From positions 84,382,001 through 84,446,000 of the forward strand of contig NC_083230.1 of the NCBI RefSeq assembly GCF_032191835.1: 64,000 nucleotides of DNA. The letters are read 5' to 3'. The notes under the pieces are model-generated. The model searched no databases and was not told the origin of the DNA. It saw nothing but the letters and a program-made list of their open reading frames with translations. The position numbers and the translations under genes are program-made. Below, piece after piece: positions 49,401 through 58,777 of this stretch (within the stretch, counting starts at the first letter, position 1; each line of letters starts with the position of its first letter). The DNA is from Heteronotia binoei. Lineage: Eukaryota.

Positions 49401-51729
49401 TGATCTGTTTTTGTAAGTTATATTGTAAGCCAAAATGCCCTCAAAACTGAGGTTGGGGAATTGTCAGGTGGGCACCTGGCTTAATCAGGATCTTTTTACC
49501 TATGTATACAGGATCCACATCCAGAAATTAATGCTTAAATTTATCAAGGACTCTAATTAAGTAAAAGCAATTAAAATTTATTCCAGAAAAATATAGGCTT
49601 ACATACAAGACAAGTAATTCACAAAACACACATACAGTCCTAAGAAAAATAGAGAGAGATATAGAGACAACACATGGGTAGACAAACAGGGTGATAATTA
49701 CCGATCGTAGTCTTCAAGGAAGGCTCCAATGGTGACAAAAGAGGACGGGGGAAATGGGACCCTCAACTGTGGCCAGAATCGGGGATGGATCTAGACAGTG
49801 GAACTGGGGTACTGCTAGATGCACACCTGAGTGGAGCTGGGTCAGAGGTTAAATAGACTACCTTGAACCCTCAGGGGATGGGAGGTACGGGGAGGAGAAA
49901 GGGGAGGCTCTGCAGTGACCATAAGGGCTGGACTTCTGCATTAGCCAATAGCAAGTTAATTGGTGGCACCTAATTGGGTGCCCATAACTGACCAATGAAC
50001 AAGCTTGGACCCGGGTTACCTTATTGGCTGTACAGGTAATCATGGGTCAAGGGGGAGGCTCCAGGATGACAGTGGGGGAGAGGAATAGGAGAAATTACTG
50101 GGTGGAGGGGTGCTTAAGATTATTAAACTTATCTAAAAAGGTTACAATAGATGGCCAAATTACTACCTAGGTAACACCCAGTTTGCACAAAGGAACTTGG
50201 CTCTGGCTGAAGATGGTCTTCCTCTTCTTTAGTGTTCTTCTTGCCACCAGTCTTTGTCTTGAGTTCCGTTGGACAAAGGCTTAGGTGGTCTGGCGGGGTC
50301 CACGCCTGGATAAGCTTGATGGCTCCTTGGGTGGGTAACATCTATTGCGTACGTGTGCTTCCCGTTGTGCTGAAATGGAGTCTTGGCACTGCTGGAAGAT
50401 AGCTGGTGTTAGCCTCCCAAAGTGGATTCTATGGTCAAGGCTGAAAACCGCGTGGCCTGGATAGCTCCTAATGGTGCACTTTCTTCTGCTCCAAGATAGA
50501 GACAGCGTTCGCCTGAAGCAACTGGAAACCATCCGTTCTCCTTGCTGGCACTCTTCCAGGGACACAGAGCGCTGCTTTAGCGTTGTGGCTGTTAGTACTC
50601 ATAAGTCCCTTCCAGTCGGTTGGCAAATTCACGTCCTTCTGGCAGATGTGTGTGAGCTCTGTCTCCAGGCACTCTGGCAACCAGACGGGTGACTACGATG
50701 TTCTGGAAATTAGGGGCATTTCTTTACAATATGGCAAAGCAGAGATTGCTAAACACTAAATGTTATTATCCCTCACCATTGCCCTCAGACTTTTGAAAAT
50801 CCTATCACCAGGTAATATCCCATACATTTTGAAGCTTTTCATAGGGCCAAAGTAGATGCAACAGTGTCCACAGGTCCGACCTGCAGACACTACTGCTATT
50901 TTAAAGCCTTATGAGGCAATTTAAAAATGCCACAAAGGTGTGGAAGGATGAGGTGCTCCTCTCCCCCCCTCCTTGCCTTTTTTAAGTGCTGAAACATTTT
51001 TCCCTATAGCTGTTTTGCCCCTATGGCTGTTTTGGAACTTGAAAGGGTACAGGGAGGAACAAGAGTACCTCATCCTGCCATTCTGTGGACCAATCAGGAT
51101 CAGATCCTCATGGTATTTTTAAAATCACTTAATTAGGCTTTAGAATGGCAGCAGCATTCATGAGTCCGATCCATGGATGCCGTCACATTTATCTTGGTCC
51201 CAGCGCTGGCTCTATGGAACTGCCACAAGCCTGGCAACCTAAGCAGGGTGCCCTGCCCCCACCCCACCCTCAGTGAAAGTGACCAGGGCAGCAGTGCTCC
51301 TGTGCCTCAGAACACGCTGTGAGGCTGCTGTAGCTCTGCCCCCTATATCTGATGCACAAGGCAGAGTAACAGGCAGCCTCACGGTGTGCTCTGAGGTGCT
51401 GGCACACTGGCGCTCCAGTCACTTTTGCCAGTATTTCCCTCACCACAGAGGCGAGGGTGGGTGAGAGGGCCAAAGGGCCCTATCCCAAGGCCCACACTGG
51501 CACCCTTGCCAGGTCAGCGCCCCAGGCAGCTGCCTAAGTCTGCCTAGTGCATGGGCCGGCCCTGTTTGGTCCACAGTCATAGGGTCTACAAACTTGTTTT
51601 AGAAAAAAATAAACCTATGCTCAACACTGAATTCAGTGCTAACACATAGTTGCAGAATTGCTATTTCCCCCCTCTAACATAGTTTCTGCTTCTTCTACAG
51701 CTGAAGCTTATTTCAAGCTCAAGCCCTGA
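31365..51729 (+). CDS. ADAP1-like: ArfGAP with dual PH domains (ADAP1/centaurin-alpha-like paralogue), 11 exons, 378 aa; join(31365-31455,33516-33646,34967-35058,35367-35449,37859-37971,43917-44063,44486-44569,45357-45419,46945-47016,48652-48883,51701-51729)
   Basis: Exons 91+131+92+83+113+147+84+63+72+232+29=1137 nt, open frame, all GT-AG. CxxC-x16-CxxC ArfGAP zinc finger, PH1 (LWKRGRDNGQ), PH2 (GYMEKTGP..FKKRWF) and C-terminus EAYFKLKP (human ADAP1 EAHFKHKP). Confidence 0.93.
33516..33646 (+). CDS. ADAP1-like: ADAP-like exon 2 (DPDWASYTLGVFICLDCSRIHCNIPSVSKVKSLRMDRWDDAQVQ)
   Basis: Acceptor ttccactcag|, donor CAG|GTATGT; ArfGAP core. Confidence 0.95.
34967..35058 (+). CDS. ADAP1-like: ADAP-like exon 3 (FLTQHGNAVAKATYEAHVPIYYYHPVHTDCQ)
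   Basis: Acceptor ttacag|, donor CA|GTAAGT. Confidence 0.93.
35367..35449 (+). CDS. ADAP1-like: ADAP-like exon 4 (LLREQWIQAKYQRKEFMEPGKQLPFSN)
   Basis: Acceptor ccccacag|, donor G|GTAACC. Confidence 0.93.
35653..35838 (-). mobile_element. Short CR1 3' end, same young subfamily as 52478-54043
   Basis: Near-identical to 52478-52660 including the agaacataagaacataag tail. Confidence 0.9.
36186..36423. mobile_element. Penelope-terminus-type hairpin repeat with hammerhead-like core
   Basis: Inverted arms taagcacacttcatcagacgaggg / cccctcatctgatgaagtgtgctta; CTGATGA..GAAA core; 3' motif ggtcttaaaggtgc..cagaccaacacggctgcc; related copies ~265-365, 820-905, 24925-25050, 26745-26840, 34530-34610. 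Confidence 0.6.
37484..37669. mobile_element. hAT-type MITE
   Basis: TIRs CAGGGCCATCTTAA / TTAAGACAGCCCTG; TSD ATAATCCC/ATACTCCC. Confidence 0.8.
37859..37971 (+). CDS. ADAP1-like: ADAP-like exon 5, PH1 start (GLKEGILWKRGRDNGQYFPRRFLLSEREGCLKYFTKQD)
   Basis: Acceptor ttttctag|, donor GAT|GTAAGT. Confidence 0.95.
38808..39640 (-). mobile_element. Degenerate L1/Tx1-clade LINE 3' fragment in ADAP-like intron 5
   Basis: WYLTPHKL..SPL(CWRSCKQEGTALCMWWKC) zinc-knuckle-like segment and LAIARIWK..KKWYQKL, typical of the L1 ORF2 C-terminus; AATAAA and A-rich 3' end near 38810-38835. Confidence 0.7.
40315..40613 (+). mobile_element. Sauria SINE nested in the Penelope-like element
   Basis: Same family as 30090-30387; ACCTTT tail. 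Confidence 0.9.
41176..41377. mobile_element. hAT-type MITE with internal duplication and octamer motifs
   Basis: (C)AGG(A/G)C(C/T)TTTTTT..AAAAAAGCCCTG ends; gaaaaagcccagcagg..atttgcatattaggccacac present twice; related copy 60085-60252. Confidence 0.65.
43917..44063 (+). CDS. ADAP1-like: ADAP-like exon 6 (AKEPKVMIKVDTINATFQPEKIGHSNGLQITYLKDNKTRNIFLYHEDGK)
   Basis: Acceptor ttttcccctttag|, donor AAG|GTACAT. Confidence 0.95.
44486..44569 (+). CDS. ADAP1-like: ADAP-like exon 7 (EIVDWFNAIRAVLFHYLKVAFPVASDKE)
   Basis: Acceptor tcttcctag|, donor GAG|GTACGA. Confidence 0.94.
45357..45419 (+). CDS. ADAP1-like: ADAP-like exon 8 (LKSRLTRSFLKEGYMEKTGPR)
   Basis: Acceptor ttttattgtag|, donor AGG|GTAGCT. 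Confidence 0.92.
46945..47016 (+). CDS. ADAP1-like: ADAP-like exon 9, PH2 (QKEPFKKRWFTLDHRRLMYFKDPL)
   Basis: Acceptor ctctttcacag|, donor TTG|GTAAGC. Confidence 0.95.
48652..48883 (+). CDS. ADAP1-like: ADAP-like exon 10 (DAFAKGEVFVGSGENG...PMTPQEYA)
   Basis: Acceptor catcacacag|, donor A|GTAAGT. Confidence 0.95.
49424..50727 (-). mobile_element. Solo LTR (Gypsy or gamma-like ERV) in ADAP-like intron 10, antisense
   Basis: TGTAA...TTACA termini with short imperfect inverted ends (aatgccc/gggcatt), 4-bp TSD ATAT on both sides, AATAAA on - strand at 49577-49582. Confidence 0.7.
51201..51564. mobile_element. hAT-type MITE
   Basis: TIRs CAGCGCTGGC / GCCGGCCCTG; TSD CTTGGTCC/TTTGGTCC. Confidence 0.7.
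51701..51729 (+). CDS. ADAP1-like: ADAP-like exon 11, coding part (TEAYFKLKP*)
   Basis: Acceptor cttcttctacag|, TGA at 51727-51729; matches ADAP1 terminal EAHFKHKP. Confidence 0.9.
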
Positions 51730-52477
51730 TGTTCAGAAAGAGAGAACTTGACAGCTAAACTCCTTGACTTCCTTTCTTCAGGAAGTGTGGTGGGAATGAG
51801 ACAAGTCCTCCACCTAATAAGCTGCTATACGGTACTTCAATGTCTCATGATGAGGAGTATGCTTCTTTAAATGTATGAACCACGTCGCATCAAAATAGAC
51901 TGTATTTCCCTTTTAAACATTCTTCTTTGTTGAGGGATGCATTCATATGAATTACAACTAGCCCCAACCCTTACTGTTCAGGAACGTTTGCTTCAAATTC
52001 ACATTAGATGATTCTGCCAGCTACTCAGACTTTGGCCTGGTAAAGGATTCAAGGATGGCAGGCAAAGGGATTGAACTAGATTTGCTGATGCAGGACAATG
52101 TGCTGCCACACCACGGGCCTGGTAGACTTGCTTCCTATTGGCCAATGTATATAGGTGCCGTCCTGAATGGCTCCTTACTGGTTGCTGCTGATTGGCTGCT
52201 GAGTACTATTAAAGGCACCGGAAAGGAAAGGTCCCCTGTGCAAGCACCAGTTGTTTCCGACTCTGGGGTGATGTTGCTGTGCCTCTCCTCGTCATTGTTC
52301 TGATCTTGTGGCTACTAGCTTTCCCTAACTAAGTGTCCACCAGTGGCAGCTGGTACCCAGTGGGAGCCACAACCCATCATAGACAGAGTTAACTAATTCT
52401 GATTTTATCCCCATCTTCCTCCATTGCAGCACTGCAGAAGGCAGCAGAATTTAGAAGACATTCTAGAAACACTTCTC

Positions 52478-54043
52478 CATAAGAACATAAGAGAAGCCAT
52501 GTTGGATCAGGCCAACGGCCCATCCAGTCCAACACTCTGTGTCACACAGTGGCAAAAAATTTTATATACACATATACACTGTGGCTAATAGCCACTGATG
52601 GACCTGTGCTCCATATTTTTATCTAAACCCTTTTTGAAGGTGGCTATACTTGTGGCCGCCACCACCTCCTGTGGCAGTGAATTCCACATGTTAATCACCC
52701 TTTGGGTGAAGAAGTACTTCCTTTTATCCGTTTTAACCTGTCTGCTCAGCAATTTCATCGAATGCCCACGAGTTCTTGTATTGTGAGAAAGGGAGAAAAG
52801 TACTTCTTTCTCTACTTTCTCCATCCCATGCATTATCTCGTAAACCTCTATCATGTCACCCCGCAGTCGACGTTTCTCCAAGCTAAAGAGTCCCAAGTGT
52901 TTCAACCTTTCTTCATAGGGAAAGTGCTCCAGCCCTTTAATCATTCTAGTTGCCCTTCTCTGGACTTTCTCCAATGCTATAATATCCTTTTTGAGGTGCG
53001 GCGACCAGAACTGCACACAGTACTCCAAATGAGACCGCACCATCGATTTATACAGGGGCATTATGATACTGGCTGATTTGTTTTCAATTCCCTTCCTAAT
53101 AATTCCCAGCATGGCGTTGACCTTTTTTATTGCAAACGCACACTGTCTTGACATTTTCAGTGAGTTATCTACCACGACCCCAAGATCTCTCTCTTGGTCA
53201 GTCTCTGCCAGTTCACACCCCATCAACTTGTATTTGTAGCTGGGATTCTTGACCCCAATGTGCATTACTTTGCACTTGGCCACACTGAACCGCATCTGCC
53301 ACGTTGACGCCCACTCACCCAGCCTCAACAGATCCCTTTGGAGTTCCTCACAATCCTCTCTGGTTCTCACCACCCTGAACAATTTAGTGTCATCCGCAAA
53401 CTTGGCCACTTCACTGCTCACTCCCAACTCTAAATCATTTATGAACAAGTTAAAGAGCATGGGACCCAGTACCGAGCCCTGCGGCACCCCACTGCTTACC
53501 GTCCTCCACTGCAAAGACTGCCCATTTATACTCACTCTCTGCTTCCTATTACTCAGCCAGTTTTTGATCCACAAGAGGACCTGTCCTTTTACTCCATGAC
53601 TCTCAAGCTTTCTAAGGAGCCTTTGATGAGGAACTTTATCAAAAGCTTTCTGGAAGTCAAGGTAAACAACATCTATTAGGTCTCCTTTGTCCACATGTTT
53701 GTTCACCCCCTCAAAGAAATGTAACAGGTTAGTGAGGCAAGATCTTCCCTTACAGAACCCATGCTGAGTCTTCCTCAATAACCTGTGTTCATCAATGTGC
53801 CTACTCATTCTGTCCTTGATAATGATTTCTACCAACTTTCCCGGTATTGAAGTCAGACTGACTGGCCTGTAATTTCCTGGATCTCCTCTGAAACATTTTT
53901 TAAAGATGGGGGTGACATTTGCTACCTTCCAGTCCTCAGGAACGGAGGCAGATTTCAATGAAAGATTACAGATTTTTGTTAGAAGATCCACAAGTTCAAC
54001 TTTGAGTTCTTTCAGAACTCTCGGATGTATGCCATCCGGACCC
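52478..54043 (-). mobile_element. Young 5'-truncated CR1 LINE with uninterrupted RT ORF (52585-54066, 493 aa)
   Basis: [55 protein letters not shown] with no stops; (CTTATGTT)-type tail. Confidence 0.96.
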
Positions 54044-54675
54044 GTTGTACAAAATGGGAGCACCAAGCCTTATGTAGGTTCCAGTCTAGTGCAGCCTTTC
54101 CTTTTGCAACTGTGTTTACATCAGCAGTAAGCACAATCAATATGGGAGAAAGATCCTGCCGCATGCCCCCACCTCTTAAGTCCTATCGCAGATTATACTG
54201 ATCAAAATAGGAGGACAATATTTCCCCCCTCACACTAAAGATGGAGGAGTCTGCAGCAGCAAGGCATTTGCCTGTGTAAATCCGTTCCCCCTATTAGTAA
54301 CAGAAAATGATTGCCTCCTGAGTGAATGTCTCCATCGCTGAGATTGGTCCATTTTTTCCTTCTCCTCCATTGGAAATAAGAATGATTGACAGGCTGGTCA
54401 ATGGATTCTTATTTTCTATCAGGAACAGAGGGAGCTTTAAGAAAGGCTCCTTGCCCAATGAACTTATGTAATGCTATGCATGGGCCTAACAATTTAAAGG
54501 GAAAAACAAGCGTCTGTAGGAAGGGGCTTTGCTTGTATGCAGTTAAAGACAGACTGAGTGGACAACTTGCCACTCGCTAGACTGTCTGGGGAGGACATCA
54601 AGGAGAGGTGGGAGGTGGGCAGGCAGCCTGTGTTGGTGGGGCACTGTCCCATTTGTCTGGTGGAGGGGACCAGCC

Positions 54676-55398
54676 CAGGGCCACCACGACCAAGTCAGCA
54701 AGGTAGGCAGCTGCCTAGAGTACCATCTGGTGGCAGGGACAGTTCCTGCAGGCCTACCTTACCATGCCAGCTGGGTGCACATGCTCCTGGCATAAGGGTG
54801 AGCCACAGCAGCCACCCCTGAGCTAGGCCTGGCAAGGAGGAGCCACAGCAGCTGCCCAGCCCTTCCTGAAAGGGGCAACGGGGTGAGGCAGCCTCCAGCC
54901 CATCCCCACCCAGGCGCATGCTGGGCCCAGAGTTTTAATGGCGTGTGCCAGAGGAGGAGCTGGACAAGGAGCTGGAGGCTGGGGGACCATGCTCTGAGGT
55001 GGCGGCAACAATGCAGGGCCCCCTCCAGGACACAGGTAGGTAGGAAGACCTCCAACCCTGGGCAGCCCCCTCCACCACTGGCCCCTCGATGGCCTTGTGC
55101 TTCTGGGCAGTGGAGCCAGGAGAAGGTAGAGAGAGGAGGACTTGGATCCTCTGGGCAGGAAAGGGGGCTGAGGCAGCTGAGTGGGTGCCCAGCAATGGGC
55201 ACTCCTGCTGGGGACAGAGCAGGTGTGACTGGAAAGCTTGCATGCTCGCTCGTGACATGGAGAGGTTGCTACTGTTGCTAAAATACCTGCAGGTTTGGGG
55301 ATAGGTAAAGGCAGGTCTGGGGTAAGTTCTTGCATGGGGGTGGAGCAGGAAGTCAGGGGCTGTGGCCTAGGGCACCAAAAACCTTGGTGCTGGCCCTG
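54676..55398. mobile_element. GC-rich hAT-type non-autonomous element
   Basis: TIRs CAGGGCCA / TGGCCCTG; perfect 8-bp TSD GACCAGCC. Confidence 0.85.
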
Positions 55399-55927
55399 GA
55401 CCAGCCTCCATTGCTGTCTCCTCAATGTCTTGTCAGATTTATCTCAACCTTGGTTTTCAGATTGCTGGCAATACTGCTAGCCTTTTAAAGTTCTCTGTGG
55501 CTTCCTTCAGGACAAAAAAGAAGACTGCTTCCAGAAAGCCACATGTCTCTTCCAGAACCAGACTAAATGTCATCATGCTATCAGGATACCTGTTGCAACT
55601 CCATAATTTTCAGTATATTCAGCAAGGTGTGGTCCCTGGGGTTTCAAAACAGTAGTTGTTGTGTTCCAGCATCAGCAGGGGTGTTTGTGTGCTTTTGTGT
55701 CTGTTCATTGGTTGGCAGATGAGCCCACTGGCTGAGGAAAGAGCGAAGGAAAGGGGAAGGCAAATGGATAGAAGGCCAGCTGCTGGAAATGATCACAATT
55801 CCATGCTTCTGTTCATTATGGGGAACAGGAAGCCAGCACAGAAAAGAACTGGCTTTCTTTCAAATGAAATGGTTTTCAAAAAAGGACTACAGCTGTCTTA
55901 GATGCACACTGTAAGAGCATGATTTGT

Positions 55928-56160
55928 GACTTGGATTTAAAGAAGTGGCATCTCAGTAGTTTAGGAAGGGCTGAAGAAATATTCCTTGGAGCATTATTTT
56001 ATTAAACTAAATCCAGACAGAATATTAAAGTCAGTTCTACTGCCAAGCCCTGTACTGTCATGCTTTCCCTTATAATGATCAAGTAAAATTTGCAGAAGAG
56101 TTCATCCAACAATAGCAGATTCACCTTTTGATTCAGCTGCCTTCAAGGCACAGGTCAGGA
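55928..56160. repeat. Left copy of ~233-bp direct repeat flanking the RTE-like insert
   Basis: Differs from 57214-57447 by 4 substitutions and 1 indel. Confidence 0.95.
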
Positions 56161-57213
56161 TTGTTTACAGATACAGATTGTTTAGCTTGGAAACAAGAAC
56201 TGAGAGCACAATTTAAAGAGGCCTGTCACTCCAAAGACCCAACAAAAATTAAGGCCTATATTGCTTGTAAGACAGCCTACCTGGAGCTTATTACATCCCA
56301 AAAGAAAGTTTTCTTTCAGAATAAATGGGACCAACTTTACCACTCGATAAAATCTAATGATAATAAGGCTTTCTGGAGAATCATTTCGGGTAATCTAAAA
56401 AACAATTCTGTTACTGACCCAAATATTTCTGTGCAAATATGGGTTGATTACTTCTCTAACATTTTTGCTGCTCCATGTGTATCCCCTCCTATTTTAGCAA
56501 ACCCCACAGTTACTGATATGCCAGTCTGGCCTCCAGTAACTCCAGAGGAAATCAATGATTTATTGAAGGATTTAAAAGCGGGTAAAGCACCAGGCCCTGA
56601 TGGCCTTCCTGCTGAGGTATTCACAAAGTTTGCTGATTGGTAGGTCTTGCCCCTTGCAAAATTGTTCTCTTTCATTGATCTGCATGGCTCCGTCCCAGAC
56701 TCTTGGCCTGATTCTATAATTATCCCAATATACAAAAAGGGGGGGTTGGAGTTACCAGAAAATTTCCGCCCCATTAGTTTATTATCTATAGTGGGCAAAT
56801 TGTATGCCAAACATTTAGAACTCCGATTAACTGACTGGATGCGCCTAGGCAACATCATAGGTCCTGAACAAATTGGCTTCTCCAAAGGCAAATCTGCTAT
56901 GGACCATTGCTGCACTCTGGCCTTCCTTGCTGAAAAATATATGCATACTGGGTCAAAAAAAATTATATGCTGCCTTCATTGACTTGAAGGGCACATTTGA
57001 TTCAATAGATAGAGCCCAACTATGGATTAAGCTAGGTTACCTGAGAATGGACCCTCGTCTGCTGTTTCTCTTGAGGAAACTTCATTCTAATATTCATCCA
57101 TGTATGAATGCATCTGTAAGCTTGGTTTCATTTTGATTTTATCTGCAATGTTTAAATTTTTATATTCTGTGTATTTTTATTTGCAACTGTTATGCCATTA
57201 AAGGTTTGGTATG
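56161..57213 (+). mobile_element. Non-LTR retrotransposon fragment (RTE/RTE-X-like RT N-terminal half joined to an AT-rich 3' tail)
   Basis: GKAPGPDGLPAEVF, IIPIYKKG..NFRPISLLS, EQIGFSKGKS..DH, YAAFIDLKGTFDSIDR..LW.KL; one stop (56641-56643), one frameshift; ends ccattaaaggtttggtatg. Confidence 0.85.
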
Positions 57214-57447
57214 GACTTGGATTTAAAGAAGTGGCATCTCAGTAGTTTTGGAAGGGCTATAGAAATATTCCTTGGGAGCATTATTTTATTAAACTAAATC
57301 CAGACAGAATATTAAAGTCAGTTCTACTGCCAAGCCCTGTACTGTCATGCTTTCCCTTATAATGATCGAGTAAAATTTGCAGAAGAGTTCATCCAACAAT
57401 AGCAGATTCACCTTTTGATTCAGCTGCCTTCAAGGCACAGGTCAGGA
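57214..57447. repeat. Right copy of ~233-bp direct repeat
   Basis: Near-identical to 55928-56160. Confidence 0.95.
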
Positions 57448-57477
57448 CCCTATCAGGTAGGTAACACAGATCAGAAC

Positions 57478-58760
57478 TAGGGATGGGCACAAACCAGGAA
57501 CATGGAGGTTCATCCTGGTTTGTGAGGTCCCACAAACTGGGACAAATTTCCCCTGGTTTGTGAACCAGTTCAGTTTGTGAGGCTCGTGGATCTTCCCTCC
57601 CTTCTTTCTGCTGGCAACAGCTCCCCAAGGCCAGCAGAACGGAAGGGGGGGGGAGATCTTGCAAAAGCCATTTAAGCAGGGGTGTTGAACTCATTTGCTA
57701 TGAGGGCCAGATCTGACATAAATGAGACCTTGTCAGGCCAGGCCATGTATGTCATAAAATGTAATGCCAGAAAGTAGAGATACAAACTTTATAAATGACA
57801 CAGAGGTGCTTTCTTCTTTTAAAAAGGTGCTTTCTCTGTTTCTCATCCATGAGATCTAGGGAACTGGGCAAAGGAAGCTCTGGCTGTTTCCCTCCCTTCC
57901 CAGAAGATGAGGAGGGGAAGGAGCCTCACCCTGTGGATGGAAGAGAGGCTTGGCTCAGTACTGCTGTGTGACTGAGAGAGCCTGGCAAAACAATTTTTCC
58001 CTCTCCCCTCTTCCTCCCCAAGGGAGGAGCCTCAGTCAATGGAGAAAATAGAGGCTTTGCTCTGTAGCTCCTGTGCGATTGAGCAAGCCTGGCAAAGCAA
58101 GCCATGATGCAGAAGGAAACAAGAGAGGGAAAAAGAAGAAGACTTGCTTGTGGAACTGATAGGAGCTCTCCGGGGGTCTGATCCGTCCCCCAGGCTGCAT
58201 GTTTGACACCGCTGATTTAAAAAGAACGTTCCCCTTAAATGGCTTTTGCAAGCAGGTGCCATGTACAAGTGAAGTCTAAGTGGCAAGTTTACTACTTCCA
58301 GATGAACTCACTGCTTGGAATTCACCTGGTGGCAGCTTGGCTTGCATCTGTTTCAATCTAACAGCTGGAAGTGGGGAGAGGGGAGTGAAAGGGATTGCTG
58401 AAATGGTGTGCAAAAGCCCTTTGAAGGGATTGTTTGCTTTAAATGGCTCTTGCAAACCATTTCAGTGATCCATTTCATTCCTGCCCCCTTCCAAACTGAA
58501 ATTGCTTCCTTCCCTGGCAGCACGACTCAGCAAGTCAACTGAGAAAGCATTTAAATGCCTTCTCAGTTCACTCGTGAGCTGTGCTGTGGTGGTGGTGTGG
58601 CTTGGAGAAGGCATTTAAAGAGACTGCCTTCTCCAAACCCTGCCACCGGCACCAGTGTGTCTGTTGTGGGAGGTTCATGTAGCACGTGATGATGGGATGG
58701 CACAAACAGCGCCCTATTTGTGATGGACTTTGGTTTGTAATTCGTTTCGTGCCATCCCTA
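57478..58760. mobile_element. hAT-type element with a nested second MITE (57677-58214)
   Basis: TIRs TAGGGATGG(G)CAC / GTGCCATCCCTA, perfect TSD ATCAGAAC; nested element ends CAGGGGTGTTGAAC / GTTTGACACCGCTG, with a relative at ~31985-32450. Confidence 0.8.
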
Positions 58761-58777
58761 ATCAGAACAATGCTTCT

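Noticed and set aside
31365-51729. ADAP-like gene as a pseudogene
   Set aside because: All 11 exons are in frame with canonical splice sites and conserved PH residues; only the catalytic Arg region deviates.
54558-55480. Cluster of long overlapping ORFs (up to 200 aa)
   Set aside because: Stop-poor GC-rich interior of a hAT element bounded by TIRs and a perfect TSD; no protein motifs.
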